Positions 27,131 through 43,510 of a DNA stretch of 64,000 nt are shown piece after piece (the stretch's first letter is position 1; every line of letters starts with the position of its first letter). The notes beneath the pieces are model-generated. The model made no database searches, was not told where the DNA came from, and worked only from the letters and a program-made list of their open reading frames with translations. A program made the translations under genes and the position numbers. Origin of the DNA: Eledone cirrhosa (lineage: Eukaryota); contig OZ024743.1 in NCBI GenBank assembly GCA_964016885.1, positions 288,672,001-288,736,000 of the forward strand, written 5' to 3'.

Positions 27131-29820
27131 TTATTAGTAATATCTTTTATTGTGTTGTTATTGCACGACACATTAAAGTCTGTGTGCCTTGGGCATGTCT
27201 GGTGTTGTTTTGGGTGTTGATATTTTTATTGTAAATCTGTGTACACTACCGAGTAGTGCTATCTTTTGTATGTTGTATATATTTGTAATTATTCGGTTGT
27301 TGTTTATGTTGTTATATATTCAATCATTTATGGATACAAAACAGAGGGGAATCCCAAACGTTGTATTCATATAACAAAAATGTTTCTTCTGCTTGCAAAA
27401 TGTATAGTGTTTCCTTCCATTTCTCACTTTGTTATTCCTCACACAATCGTTAAATATTCGACTGAAATACTCAGAAGTTTGATACAATGGAACATTGAAC
27501 AGGTACATCTATAAAACTAATCAATCAGATTCACAACCCTTCACCGATATAGTCCTTGACTAGAAATATGTATAGTGGTGTCCCATGCTGGTTGGTATTC
27601 AGACTGAAAGGACATCAAAATTATATTCTGTGTGATTGCTTAAATAGTTGAAAGTAGTGTAAGGAGTTCGATATCATAACATATATCGAATATAATGTGT
27701 ATAAATGTAAATATACATATTTTTGTATATTACAGAGAGAGAGGGGGGGGGGGCATGGAGAGAGATGGAGTGAGAGAAGTGAGAGAGAGGGAGACGGATG
27801 GGGGGGGGGGGAGATAGTGTAGGCTGTGGGATATACATTAATTAGCTGAATTATCGGTGAAAGAATGACGTGAATGTTATAAATTATATGTGCTAATTTA
27901 TATTTGAATAAATTTAGTTCTATATTAAAAAAAAGATTTCTTCTGCTTATAGACTAATCAGGTTGGAGCAGAAGCACTGCACAATCACATGCTGCTTGGT
28001 CTTCATTTGTGTTTCACCTGTGTAGACTGGTACAATGTGAAATGAAGAGTTTTGCTCAAGACGATAAAATGTCGCTCGATCAGGCTCTCTACTCACGAAC
28101 TTACAATCACGAGACTAACACCCTGATTATTTGGAGACTAGTTTTAATCGGTGAAAAACTCTAAGTGAAAATAATATTTTGAGTTTTCAAAATGATCGCC
28201 GTTATTATTCAAATCAAATTCTCTGGGTTTCTGGAGTCCTAGTTGTACGTTTCAGGGATATTTTGAATATCATACGTTCCCCAAGCACTCCAGGTCATCT
28301 TCTATAGAAAAATGTTTAGCTGAATACACAGTAGTCTTTATATGTTCAAAAATTAACGTTTTATTATTTTTTTTTTTATTAATAAACAAATTATAATAAA
28401 TATTTGTTTGACGACAGTGAAATATATTCATCAGGCTGCTAAATATTGTTTACAGATTAATTACAGAAATTATTGTTATAGAAAATTAAACCTCATCTAA
28501 AAATATTGCACAAAATATTTATTGTGACTTATTACATGTAGTTCAGTGAGGCAAATAAATAAGATGTATGTGATTATCACTTAACATTAGTACTAATGAC
28601 TAATCTCATATAAACATACATGAAACCGGCCTCTGTATGTGCCAATGTTGAGAGTTCCAGTTGTTCAGTCAACAGAACAACTTGCTAGTGAAATTAGTGT
28701 GCAAGTAACTGAACATTCCACAGACACATATATGCTTAATCGAATTCTCAGGGTGATTCAACAGGACACTGTGTGACAAAGATGGCTCTTTGAATTGCAG
28801 GTTTAATCCTCTTGGTAGGTTTCCAAATCATTTTCCCTGTACCCAATTTCAACCAATAGTCTTGGGTCGAACCAAAGCTCTGGTAAATGAAGCCCTGTGG
28901 GGTCCAATCTAGGATGATGGAATGGCCATCTTTCATCCACTAAACATTCATCTAACCACTTATTCCTTATACATATATATAAAAGCAAACGTCCCCGTTC
29001 ACTATTTAGAGCGATGGGTTGAGAGAGGCGTTTCAGCATCGAACAGATACTTAATAGTATTAGTTCAAACTATTTACGTTCTAAATTCGAATCCCATCAA
29101 GGTCAGCTTTACCTTTCATCTTTCCGAGGATGATAAAATGAAATAACGTTTAAGTATTGTGGTCGATATAATCAACTTTCTCTTACTCCAAATCTCTGGC
29201 CTTGTACCGATGTTAGAAACAATTATTGGATATAAAATAGCTTATTCACAAAGAGTTAAATTTTGAACTGTAATATTATGTATGACTCAGTATTGCACCC
29301 AACAGTCGAAACAAAAAATTCACAACAAATACTATGAGTAGAAGAATCGAGGAATCCACGAATGACATTTAGCAATGTTCTAAGATTCAGGCTTTTCTCG
29401 TTCTTCGACTAGATATTCTGAGCTATTTCAGAATGCATGATAAATCATAAACATTAGATGTTTCATAAATCATACAAACAAGTTGGACGCAGAAGAACCT
29501 TAAATAAATATAAGCAAGAAAATAAAAATTCTTCCAATGTCGCCAAAGAAAATTGATACTTGCTATAGTTTGACAATGTGAAAGTGGCACGTTATATATT
29601 CTTTATTCTTTTACTGGTTTCAGTCATTAGAGTGCGGCCATGCTGATGCACCGCCTTGATTTCGTCGAGATCATATCACCATAGTAGTTAATGTTTTATG
29701 TCTGGTATGTTTTTTTATGCAACCATTGGGTTATAGAACTTAAAGACAGAGACACAGGAACACACACACACACACGCGCACACACACACACACACACACA
29801 TCCCACACACACTTATATAT

Positions 29821-29857
<37 letters not shown>

Positions 29858-29860
<3 letters not shown>

Positions 29861-30196
29861 TATTATTATGTAATAAACAACATAAGGCAATTATTCCATT
29901 TACCAGTGGTTTCTTAAAAGCAAAAGGTTTTGCTTTCAATCCTCAGAATGAAAAATCCTGGTTTGTTTATTGAATATGGATTCTAAAAACAAAACCTAAT
30001 TTTGTTTTTAGAATCCATATTCAATAAACAAACCAGGATTTTTCATTCTGAGGATTGAAAGCAAAACCTTTTGCTTTTAAGAAACCACTGGTAAATGGAA
30101 TAATTGCCTTATGTTGTTTATTACATAATAATAATAATTAAGCTCTGTTGCATACATAGAGCACTCTTTTTTCCTGGACTTTTCCGATGGAATTAC

Positions 30197-30200
<4 letters not shown>
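29858..30200. mobile_element. fold-back element family H10: 137-bp perfect arms, 5-nt loop, two divergent canonical hammerheads, tail
   Basis: Arms 29858-29994 / 30000-30136; tail 30137-30200; flanked by (TA)n. Confidence 0.9.
30041..30100 (+). ncRNA. type I hammerhead ribozyme (family H10); mirror copy at 29894-29953 (-)
   Basis: TTTCATT CTGAGGA TTGAAAGCAAAA CC TTTTGCTTTTAA GAAA CCACTGG TA AATGGAA; intact core, GUA cleavage triplet. Confidence 0.9.
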
Positions 30201-30273
<73 letters not shown>

Positions 30274-30276
30274 AGA

Positions 30277-30622
30277 TAATTGTTTCTACTGTTGGCACAA
30301 GGCCAGCAATTATCCTAGTGTATTACTGGTACTTTATTTTATCGACCCCGTAAGGATGAAAGGCAAAGTTAACCTCGGCGGGATTTGAACTCGGTCCGTA
30401 AAGGGACGTAACTGTGCTGCAAAGCATGGCGTCCGACCCTCTACTGATACTGCCAATCTACCGATAAAGATAATTGTTTCTACTTTTGGCACAAGGCCAG
30501 TAATTACCCAGTGCATTACTGGTACTTTATTTTATCGACCACGTAAGGATGAAAGGCAAAGTTAACCTTGGCGGGATTTGAACTCAGAATGGAAAGGGCC
30601 GTAACTCTTTGCGTCAAAGCAT
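30277..30622 (-). mobile_element. two tandem SINE S1 copies
   Basis: Repeated AATTGTTTCTAC..TTGGCACAAGGCCAG...GGCGGGATTTGAACTC. Confidence 0.9.
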
Positions 30623-30764
30623 AAAGATAATATAGTATACTCAGACGCAGAAAATAACTGCAAATGCAGAGGCCCCTTAGAATCACACATACATGCATAT
30701 AAACATACATGCGTATAAAAATACATTCATTCATAGATACTTACATACATGCATACATGCATAT

Positions 30765-31640
30765 CATTGGCAGCAGTTATGGGAGTTGGGAAAGAGCTTC
30801 TTGAGAAATACTCCCTACATGATAACCAAAATCTTACTCCCAGTGTAATTGCACAGCAATACCACAATGAGTTCATGGATGAAAAGCTGTATGCTTATCA
30901 GAAAATATATCATGCATCGTTATGTTTCAAGAAGGTTTCAAAGTTTGAGCATTATAATCTTGGACCAACAACCGGTATATTGGCTCTCACTTTGAAAGAT
31001 ATGCTTCTGCAATCCAAGAACAGAAAATAACAAAGAAATACCTGATGCATAAAAGAGATGCAGGCAAAACACATAGATGTAACAACAGATGCAGACTCTA
31101 CGGAATAATCATCGAAGTTGTCACCCACAATATAATCAGCTTTGCAAAGCTTTTCTCACGAAATAATCTACATATGAGGCATGATGTTGTGGCGCAAACA
31201 CTATACAATGCAATCCGTAGAAAGAATAGTTTTGACAATAAACATAAAAAGTTACAATGATGTAGAGTACATATTTCTACATAATATAAACAAGTACTGG
31301 TGGAATTTTCCAGTCAAAACCTCAATAAAATGCAAACAAAATGGACCAAACATAGTAATATGGGACAGAGAAAAGCAGGCATGCACAGTAGTTGAAATCA
31401 GCTTCCAGTCTATGTTAATATAATGCTAAGGATTACCGAAAAGACGAATATTTATGCTGAACTTATGAGGAATCTGCAAATTCTCCACCCTGACTATTGC
31501 TTTAGTTTGTACCTGTGACTATTCGGGCTCTGGTATATGTTAGTAACTGTATAAAGCTAGAGCAGTTGAGATTCTCAGAACAATAAAGGGCACGACTAGT
31601 AAGGTGGTTGCAAATACAATGCTTTCAGAAATTCTGCATT
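30765..31640 (+). mobile_element. R4/Dong-like RLE non-LTR retrotransposon 3' remnant (frameshifted)
   Basis: AIQEQ motif, CNNRCRL...H, RHDVVA, YWWNFPVKTSIKCKQNGPNIVIWDREKQACTVVEIS: zinc knuckle plus PD-(D/E)xK endonuclease. Confidence 0.85.
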
Positions 31641-31929
31641 AATAACATTGATCCAGAAATATATGCACAGAAATATATGCACATATAACACAAACAATAC
31701 AGACCCACACAAGCAATGAGACCCATATCTGCACACACACAGACACACATGTTTCTATGTTAGAAACTGGGTCTCACTCTATTGGCCGGAACTTATAAAA
31801 TATTAAATTCAGTGGAACATACATACCGACAGACATACAGCCATACAAATATGCAAACAGTGAGACATACATACATAGAAACATACAGCAATACATGCAG
31901 ACATACAGAGAGACAGACATAGATACATG

Positions 31930-32270
31930 CTTGGTATAACCTAACAATAAAAACAGCCATCGAGTTAAAACAATGGGTATGATATTGCTGTTTGTGACAA
32001 CAGAATTAAGACATGCTCTGTTGAGGAAGTCAACTGGCCACTCAAATGTTAATATAGCAAAAAAGATAGAAGGAAAGGTAGATATCTACGGACCATCGAT
32101 GAAGTGTTTACAGATCTATTTGCCAAAATATGCAATCTGTATTATAACATCTACATTAACTCAACTGGAACAACATAAGTCGAGACTCAGATTATTGGAG
32201 ATTTAACAGCTCCGTATGCAGCTATAAATAGCTACGTTATCTGGAACCTTCACACATTCTTATGATTAAA
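31930..32270 (+). mobile_element. old RLE endonuclease remnant
   Basis: Degenerate W..L.IKTA...DI.V.D...ALLRK and KIEGKVDIYGP pattern, similar to the R4/Dong C-terminus. Confidence 0.4.
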
Positions 32271-32438
32271 AGCGGAACGATTGCACATGGACATTTACTT
32301 TCCTATAAGACATCGCCGCCGGAGAAGTGGTCCCTCAAAAATACATATATATATATGCTTACATCTATACACACATATATGAATACGAATGTATTGTGAA
32401 TGTATATGTATGTGTAAATATACATATATATATATATA

Positions 32439-33125
<687 letters not shown>

Positions 33126-33699
33126 GCGTATATATATATTTTATTTATATGTATATATACGCATATATGTTTATATGTTTATATGTTTATATATATATAT
33201 ATATATACGCACCCACACACATGCATACTTACATACATACATACAATACATACATGCATACATATATACATACATACATACATGCATACATACATACATA
33301 CATACATACATGTATACATGCATATGATTGGCAGCAGGATGGCTGGCAGCAGTTAGCCCTAACAAATGGCTGGCTGTCAGACAGACAGCAAGCAGATAAG
33401 GCCAACATAAAATTGCAGAAACGATGCTGGAATAAAACAAGTTAATCATTCTTTGTTACAGTGAATATTTTTCAATATTAAATTAATTATGAAAATAAAG
33501 TGTTTTCATATTAAACTTTGAAAAACACGATAAATCAACCTGAGACGACACATTTCAATTTTATTAAAACACCAATACAAATTATTTCTATACCATCACT
33601 GTAACATTATGCGCAATGCAATTACATAATTATAGTAAAGTGGAAGTGTGAAGTAAAGTCTTTGTGGAATTAATATAAAAAATATCCCCCACATAGTGC

Positions 33700-34190
33700 G
33701 TGCGTGCAAAATGCTAGCTCAAAAGGCATATAAAAGAAGTCATAACAAGGTATGTATTTACACCTACTAGTCAATGTGAAAACAAAAATGGATACTGGGT
33801 ATCAGATAAATGGTGCCAGCGTATCTCAGAATATGTCATTGTTGACAAAGACAAAGCCAAGGTACTATAACGCCACTCTAGATATTGTAGTTATGTTCAG
33901 AAATAGACGTCAATGTGAGATTATTGATGTTACCATCTCAGTAAATCACAACGTAAAGTTGAAAAAAATTGAAAATTAACAAAAAATAGTTACTTGAAGA
34001 TCATGTAGTCAGGACCACCTAATAATTACTAATAATTTCTGTTGCCATAGGAGCTTTGGGTTCCATACCATAAAACTGAAAGTGCATTTTAAGCAAATAG
34101 TCAACGAATCACAATTTTCTCTGCTACTAAGGATTTCCCTGCTGAGCATTAAACATATAATCAAGAAAGTATTGTGTCTCAGGGTCTTGT
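33700..34190 (+). mobile_element. old RLE non-LTR remnant
   Basis: LDIVVMFRNRRQCEIIDVTIS...K.EK and ISVAIGALGSIP motifs. Confidence 0.65.
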
Positions 34191-34220
34191 TGGGATTGAT
34201 CAGGCAGTAATAGTTCCAGT

Positions 34221-34818
34221 AATAATTGTTTCTACTTTTGGCACAATTATTTCAGTGCATTACTGGTACTTTATTTTATCGACCACGTAAGGCTGAAAGG
34301 CAAAGTTAACCTCGGCGGGATTTGAACTCAGATCATAAAGGGACCTAACTCTATGCTTCAAAGCATGGTGTCCGACTCTCTACCGATAAGTAATAATTGT
34401 TTCTACCTTTGGCACAAGGCCTGAAATTATCCAGTACATTACTGGTACTTTATTTTATCGATCCCGTAAGGATGAAAGGCAAAGTTGACCTCGGCGGGAT
34501 TTGAACTCAGAATGGAAAGGGCCGTAACTCTATGCGTCAAAGCATGACTTCCGACCCTCTACCAATACTACCAATAATGAAAAATTGTTTCTACTTTTGG
34601 CACAAGGCCAGCAATTATCCCAGTGAATAAGTAATAATTGTTTCTACTTTAGGCACAAGGCCAGCAAATACTCAGTGTATTACTGGTACTTTATTTTATC
34701 GACCCCGTAAGGATGAAAGGCAAAGTCAACCTCGGCGGGATTTGAACTCAGATCGTAAAGGGACGTAACTATGCTGGAAAGCATGGCGTCCGACCCTCTA
34801 CCGATACTGCCAATCCAC
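34221..34818 (-). mobile_element. cluster of three full and one partial tandem SINE S1 copies
   Basis: Units start at ~34221, 34393, 34584 (partial) and 34633. Confidence 0.9.
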
Positions 34819-35189
34819 AATCCAAATAATAATGGTTTCTAATTTAAGCAATTTTTATGGGGAATACTTGACTGGTAGCTTACCTTATCGATCACGGATG
34901 ATTAAAAGGCAAAGTTGGAATCGGTGGCATAAAACTCAAGAAACATGATGATGATGATGATGATGATGATTATGATGCGGAAGAGGATGAGAAGGTGTAT
35001 GAGAATATGAGGGGGGATATAGATTAAAAGGAGGTGGATAAGGAAGAAAAGATTTTGATTTGTTTTGTCATTTGGATCCATTCATACCAACATTCTCACT
35101 ATCGATCAACTGCGGTTAGCGATGTCCACAATCATCATACACCGAACGGCGGCTGGTTTCTAATGAAGCAATGAGGTGACCAACGCCTT

Positions 35190-35257
<68 letters not shown>

Positions 35258-35458
35258 TATATATATATTTATATATATATATATATATATCAAGCTGAAA
35301 TGCATAGACGGTTCTCCCCCTTGCTTCTGCTGGACACGACCAGAGGGCGTTAGCTCCGGTGTTTGCATAGCTACGGCTTCCTAAAATCGTGTTTCTTTAG
35401 AAATACGAAATTTGGATACATATTTGTATAACGCTATGCTTAAAGCGAAATCTTATTT

Positions 35459-35495
<37 letters not shown>

Positions 35496-35497
35496 GT

Positions 35498-35543
<46 letters not shown>

Positions 35544-35862
35544 TTGATTGATAGATAGTCAGAGAGTATGATGAACATATGATCGGGTGTCTATAATCCT
35601 AAACATTAGGCCAGGCATATTCACACGAGTATTATTCAAACAACACCCCTGATGTTCAAGTGGACAAGTATTATCCGAGGTCCTCCTGTAAGCTAATCTT
35701 AATATAGTGTTAAATTCAACTACATTTAAATTATATTTTATGTATGTCCTGCACAGACGTAGTCGATCTCTCTCGTTGCACCAAAAAATTTCCATCTTCC
35801 TCTGTCGCAGTACGGTAAGATATATGTGCGCATGTATATAAATAAATATATATATATAAATA

Positions 35863-35929
<67 letters not shown>

Positions 35930-36089
35930 GAAAAAAAGAAAAAGAATGACTTCCCTTGTAGTTTGATTTAATTTTATAATATTATAATATTATAAAATTA
36001 AATCAAGTTATTTAGCACTACAAGTGAAGTCATTCTTTTCCTTTTTTTTTCAAATAATACCTAACTGTACCAAGGATCTCACACATTTT

Positions 36090-36093
<4 letters not shown>
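35930..36093. mobile_element. short fold-back plus tail in (TA)n
   Basis: AAAAGAATGACTTC.CTTGTAGT..TTGATTTAATTTTATAATA / TATTATAAAATTAAATCAA..ACTACAAGTGAAGTCATTCTTTT. Confidence 0.75.
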
Positions 36094-36180
<87 letters not shown>

Positions 36181-36341
36181 ATACATATATATATATATAT
36201 ACCTATATATATATATATATATGCTGTACAGTTCTTATAAATTTGATATATTTTTATCCTTATTGAGCCCTCTTTGGATTTTATTACGATATATATATTA
36301 TTACTATATATATATTATTACTATATATATATTATTATTAC

Positions 36342-36372
<31 letters not shown>

Positions 36373-36385
36373 CTATATACTCATA

Positions 36386-36430
<45 letters not shown>

Positions 36431-36446
36431 CTATATACTCATATTA

Positions 36447-36519
<73 letters not shown>

Positions 36520-37151
36520 GTATACATATATATAAACTTACACATGGAATAGAGAAACGTTCACATATATATCCAGTGGTAAACCAACTTTACTAAGGTA
36601 CTGCCGAATATAAGTATTCTTCCTGATAAAGACACCTACAGTAAAGGCTATTGCAGATGAAGAAGAAGATGGAGGAGGAAAAAAAAAACGAAGTAAAGGG
36701 AAAGCACAACATGAAGTCAGTTTTATAAAGTAGTAAGAGGGCATTGGAATGAACATTGGGAGTTCACAGAAAACACAGGTCTATCAAATACGTGATTAAT
36801 TGTGGTTGTTTGAATATAGACGCCTCCTGATCAGGGCTCAGTTAGGTCCAAAAATCCATTTAAGATGTTTCTTAAAATCGCATTTTCTTGCATGTTTACA
36901 TGGCAACATATTAAAAATATATATATTTATTAACATTGAATTTATGTATATATATAAATAAATATATATATATAAATATAAATGTATATATATGTTGAGA
37001 GAATGAGATAAGGGGGTGGAGAGTGATGGAGAGTTACCAGTTTAGACTAGTAAAACTAAGTGCTCAAAACATATAAAAGTAGAGTGTATGGACGCCTGAA
37101 CGGTTTGAGCTCAGCAGTCAGGCACTGACTGTTTAATATATATATATATAT

Positions 37152-37402
37152 AAAGAAAAAAAAGATGAAATCGAAAATGCAACTGAAGTCTTATTTAAAA
37201 AAAAATATATTAATATTTATTTGGTTCCTTTACCGATTTCGCAGTTCTTCTGCTTTTCAAAAGTAGAGTTGAGATGGAGGGTCTGTGGTTTTTATCACAT
37301 ATTTAAAAAAAAATAAGACTCCAGTTGCATTTTCGATTTCATCTTTTTTTCATTATACTTTCACTCGTATAGGACACCTCGGTTATTTTTCATTTTGTAA
37401 AA
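37152..37402. mobile_element. fold-back element family H11 with hammerhead in the loop
   Basis: Arms ~37155-37196 / 37310-37352; tail to ~37402. Confidence 0.8.
37228..37263 (-). ncRNA. minimal hammerhead with U3:A8 core variant
   Basis: Reverse complement CTT TTGAAAA GCAG AAGAA CTGC GAAA TCGG TA AAG, followed by AATAAA. Confidence 0.65.
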
Positions 37403-37642
37403 TATATATGTATATATGATGTATATTCATATATATATATATATTATATTATATATATATACCCACACACCCACACACATATGTATAAATAAATATACAT
37501 ATATATATATATATGTGTGTGTGTGTATGAATGAATGCAAGTATAATATATTTCTCATTATTATACGCTGTCAACAAACACAAAAAAACACATATATATA
37601 TGTCGAAACGGCTTGAGCTCAGCCGTCGGGGTCTTACTGGTT

Positions 37643-37689
<47 letters not shown>

Positions 37690-38748
37690 ACAGAGAGAGA
37701 GAGAGAGAGAAAGAGAGAGGGAGAGATGGATTGATAAATAGTTGGATAAATAGATTCAATAGGTGGAAAGTATTAGGAAAATCCGGGAATACCCATGTAT
37801 ATATAAATATATATATATATATATACTACACACATATATATATACAGATATATATATAAATTAATACACTGTGCTACACATACATGTACACTTATATATT
37901 TTTGTAATATGTATATATATATGTACATATATATATACATATATATATATATACATATATATATACATATATATATATATACATATATATATACATATAT
38001 ATATACATATATATATACATATATATATACATATATATATACATATATATGAGTGTGTGTGAGTGTGTGCTACACATACATGTTCAACTTTTTGTAATAT
38101 ATATATATATATATGAATATATATATATATATATATATTTACATATATATATATATACATATATATATATCTATGTGTTTGTGTGTGTGTGTGCATAAAC
38201 ACAAAACCAATAATTTTTATCCTTCTCGCTCTACAATTTCTTTTCAAATCCGAATAGCACCTCATGTTACAGAGTTCAAACTCATTACATGATGGGTGGA
38301 GGATGAGGGGAGCAAGCTTCCTTCCTGCTTCTTGCCAAATTGCAGGTCAACTATCCAAAATATGGCTTGTTGGAACCGCCCCCACGCGTGGTCTTCAACA
38401 TCATATACACAAAATATAAAAAATTCATAAGGAAGTAAAAAACGAAAGTGACAAAGTAGACTCGCGAAAGCTACTAACGCGTCGACCAGCCTAGCTACTA
38501 GATAAGTAATATTTAAACTGTGTCTATGTTATAAAGATATTATCGCACGTTTAAAGTTATCATCTCGTGGTTCAAAACCCATTCATTCACATTTGTTAAT
38601 GTTCGCCTACTAATATGGATACATATATATCATATACACAATATACATATAAAGATATAACCACAGATACACAGACACAAGCACACAAACACACAATATA
38701 CATACAGAGATATTCATATATATATATCTATATCTCTCTCTATATATA

Positions 38749-38854
<106 letters not shown>

Positions 38855-38947
38855 CGTTTATATGTATATATATATATATTTATGTTTGTATGTGAATGCA
38901 CACATATGTACATATATATAAATATATATGCACATACCCGCATACAG

Positions 38948-39034
<87 letters not shown>

Positions 39035-39085
39035 TGAAATGTGCATAATAAAATACTTGGAACTCTTTTAACCATCTTTTGATCT

Positions 39086-39142
<57 letters not shown>

Positions 39143-39278
39143 ATATTTATGTATATTGGTACGCGAACTTTAACATGAAAGGTTATTTACACACACTGTC
39201 TCACACACACACATGTATAGATATGTATGTATGTATATATATATGTATATATATATATATATATACATGTATACATAC

Positions 39279-39378
<100 letters not shown>

Positions 39379-39386
39379 ACATGTGT

Positions 39387-39572
<186 letters not shown>

Positions 39573-40158
39573 TGACACATACATATATATATATGTATAT
39601 GCATTATATTACATGAAATACATTATATGAAATATTCGCCATAGATCTTGCTTTGTGTGTCATTTTCTTCACCAAATGTTGGCTGAAGATACCTATTACC
39701 TCTTCACCTCCCGAGGCTCTTACCCCTCCTGTAGTGTCAATCTCGATTGATTCTGCTAGGGAATTACAGAGATTTGTAGGCCCCTTTGTTGCATTATTTT
39801 TCTCGGTATCCACACCGCTATAAATAGATACCTGATGCTACTGTAACCACATTTATCATTTCAGAATTATGATATGTAATCAATGGTAAGGGTTTTCGCA
39901 CTAATCTCAACGCTGTTCTTTCGCTTAATGGCTTTTATCATGTCCACAATGAAAGCATTCCCCACACGTTTCTACATTTCTTTCACTTCCAAACAATTCC
40001 GAGTGCAATGACAACCTGGTAGAACATTAAGCGTTTAATCCAAGATATTCAACTTTTCTCTAAAGTTTCACATTTTATATACTCTGATTCAGGAGCCTAT
40101 TATCATCACAAATAACTGTCCATAATTTTTTCTACTACTTATATATATATATAAATAA

Positions 40159-40232
<74 letters not shown>

Positions 40233-40297
40233 ATGTGTGTCTATGTGTGTACATATATACATACATATATATACATACAAAAATAAATATACGTATA

Positions 40298-40353
<56 letters not shown>

Positions 40354-40518
40354 CATTAGTAATGTTAAATAAATGAAACTGACTTTGCCTCTCTCATTTT
40401 TCCATCCCGCCTAACCTTTATATATATATATATATATACCTACCCCCCACTCTCCTGAGCGTGAATTTAATAAACATTTATTGTACTGCCTCTCTGTTCT
40501 GTCCCTGTTCAATTTTTC

Positions 40519-40604
<86 letters not shown>

Positions 40605-40627
40605 TGTATATATGTATGTATATATAT

Positions 40628-40711
<84 letters not shown>

Positions 40712-40865
40712 GTATGTATAAATCTATTGTAATATCTATTGCAATATGTCGTTCATTTCTTTTTGTTTTGAATACAGACATATATATATATATTTACATC
40801 TGACACCTCCTGCCTACTTAATTTTAATATTATTTTTAATATTTCAATTCATGATTACACACACA

Positions 40866-40921
<56 letters not shown>

Positions 40922-41053
40922 ATATATATTATAACCATACATATAAAATATATGTGTACATACACATGTATATGCATATATATATAAGGATATCTATATA
41001 TCTATACACACACACACACACACAGACACACACATATATATATATATATACAA

Positions 41054-41118
<65 letters not shown>

Positions 41119-41317
41119 AACATATATATATAATTACCTGTTTCAATGAGAATAACAGCACGACATAAACATATTTTGGCATATGATGCAGGAAATACTT
41201 GAAGCGCATTCCATCAAAATTACTAACGATCATATATATCCGCAACTACATACATACACACATATAATCATACATGTACCTGATATATACATACATATGC
41301 ATATATATATATATATA

Positions 41318-41667
41318 TAACGAAGGAATTGTGGTAAGGAACCAGATGGACCATAACTCACCAGAGTACTCAATACTTAGGGTAGTAGAGTGGGTAATAG
41401 GAAAAAGAATGACTCCGACGGCAGAGCTCAAGCCGTTTTCGTCGAAACGGCTTGAGCTCCGCCGTCGGGGTCATTCTTTTTCCTATATATATAACGAAGG
41501 AAGTGTGGTAAGGAACCAGGTGGACCATAACGCACCAGAGTAATCAATACTTAGGGTAGTAGAGTGGGTAATAGGAAAATGTTCAAGACCCCGTTTCGAC
41601 GGCTATTTTAGTCCAGAAATAGCCGTCGAAATGGCTTGAGCTCTGCCGTCGGGGTCTTGAACATTTT

Positions 41668-41670
<3 letters not shown>
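41318..41670. mobile_element. two head-to-tail family A fold-backs separated by a short (TA)n
   Basis: 41318-41485 and 41491-41670, each a tail plus a palindrome centred near GTTTCGAC/GTCGAAAC. Confidence 0.85.
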
Positions 41671-41740
<70 letters not shown>

Positions 41741-41793
41741 TCATATATATATATATTCATATATATATATTCATATATATATATATATATATA

Positions 41794-42384
41794 TGATAAT
41801 AAGGGCGCTGCGGAGTTGCAAATGGGTTACATATGAAAAAAGTTTGTCCTTCATCAGTGATCTTCCAACCATCATAGGCATTTCATCACTTTAAAGACAT
41901 ATACCTCCGGTTGGTGCGAGCAACGGCTAAAAAAAGTCGTTGGGACACGTAAATAAAGGGGACGCGAGGGTAAACAAACAAAATGGTGAAGCAACAGAAA
42001 GTGAGGAAGAAGGAGACAAGTCCCAAATTTCTATGAATTTAAATTCGGTGAAATCGTGAACGAGAGAATAAAGACCATCAAACCTGGTTGAAATGTGAGC
42101 AAGGAAGGAATTTCGCACAGGTCTAACGGGAGGAAGAAGGGGTCTGGTCTGAGAATTCGGTAAACATAAGTTCTGTGAAATCGTAGACGAGAGAGAGAAA
42201 ATATTCCGACCAGCTTGGCCGAGCGTGCGAGAGAAAAGAATTACGCACAGGTCAAACGGGGCGTCCCCTTTATTTACGTGTCCCAACGACTTTTTAGCCG
42301 TTGCTCGCACCAACCGGAGGTATATGGTCTTTAAAGCGATGAAATGCCTATGATGGTTGGAAGATCACTGATGAGGGACAAACT

Positions 42385-42390
<6 letters not shown>
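41794..42390. mobile_element. fold-back element (arms ~41836-41966 / 42260-42390, 290-bp spacer, tail) in (TA)n
   Basis: Inverted arms read directly; related solo piece at 53401-53510. Confidence 0.85.
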
Positions 42391-42473
<83 letters not shown>

Positions 42474-42789
42474 TATATATATATATACATACATTTATTA
42501 CATTATATTGAATTATATAACTTATGTTATATTATCTATTCCTTTGCTACTGTTTTCTGACATACTTCAGCGATGATATGTATCACTTAATTCAATTTAT
42601 GCGACAATATTCACCCTAGTACCCACCTATACAGTTATTCTCTTTCTGTAAGGAAATTTTCCGGGAAGTTTCTAAGTGGCACCAGTTCTGCAACAACTCA
42701 TGTCGTTCGACGCTCTACCGTGCTTCTATCGACCAACCTAATACACACATACACCACGCATGTACACGCACACACATGCACTTACACAC

Positions 42790-42983
<194 letters not shown>

Positions 42984-43017
42984 ATATATATACATATATA
43001 ATACATATAATATACAT

Positions 43018-43092
<75 letters not shown>

Positions 43093-43100
43093 TATATATA

Positions 43101-43185
<85 letters not shown>

Positions 43186-43194
<9 letters not shown>

Positions 43195-43457
43195 GGTGGT
43201 AGAACACTGGAAGGTAATATCCGTAGTGGTAGAGCACTCAGTCCATGGGACGAGTTAGTTAAACTAACAGTATGGTGAACTAACTGTTGTTTAACCACTT
43301 CTATATTATATGTATGTACATATGTGTATATATATACACATGTGTATATATATATATACACATATATATATACATAGTTCACCATATAGTTCACCTAACT
43401 TGTCCCATGGACTGAGTGCTCTACCACTACGGATATTACCTTCCAATGTTCTACCAC

Positions 43458-43466
<9 letters not shown>
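43186..43466. repeat. diverged inverted repeat around a TA-rich spacer
   Basis: ATGTGGTGGTAGAACACTGGAAGGTAATATCCGTAGTGGTAGAGCACTCAGTCCATGGGAC vs its reverse complement at 43402-43463. Confidence 0.85.

Positions 43467-43508
<42 letters not shown>

Positions 43509-43510
<2 letters not shown>

Noticed and set aside
34221-34818. Regularly spaced repeats resembling a CRISPR array
   Set aside because: Units are ~170-190-bp SINE copies with no unique spacers or cas genes; the context is eukaryotic.
36822-36865. CTGATCA GGGC..GTCC AAAA hammerhead-like relic
   Set aside because: Two core substitutions (G8, G12) and no clear stem I/III; at most a decayed copy.
39720-39830. Possible minus-strand exon with AG/GT boundaries
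   Set aside because: Short, with no recognisable protein similarity.
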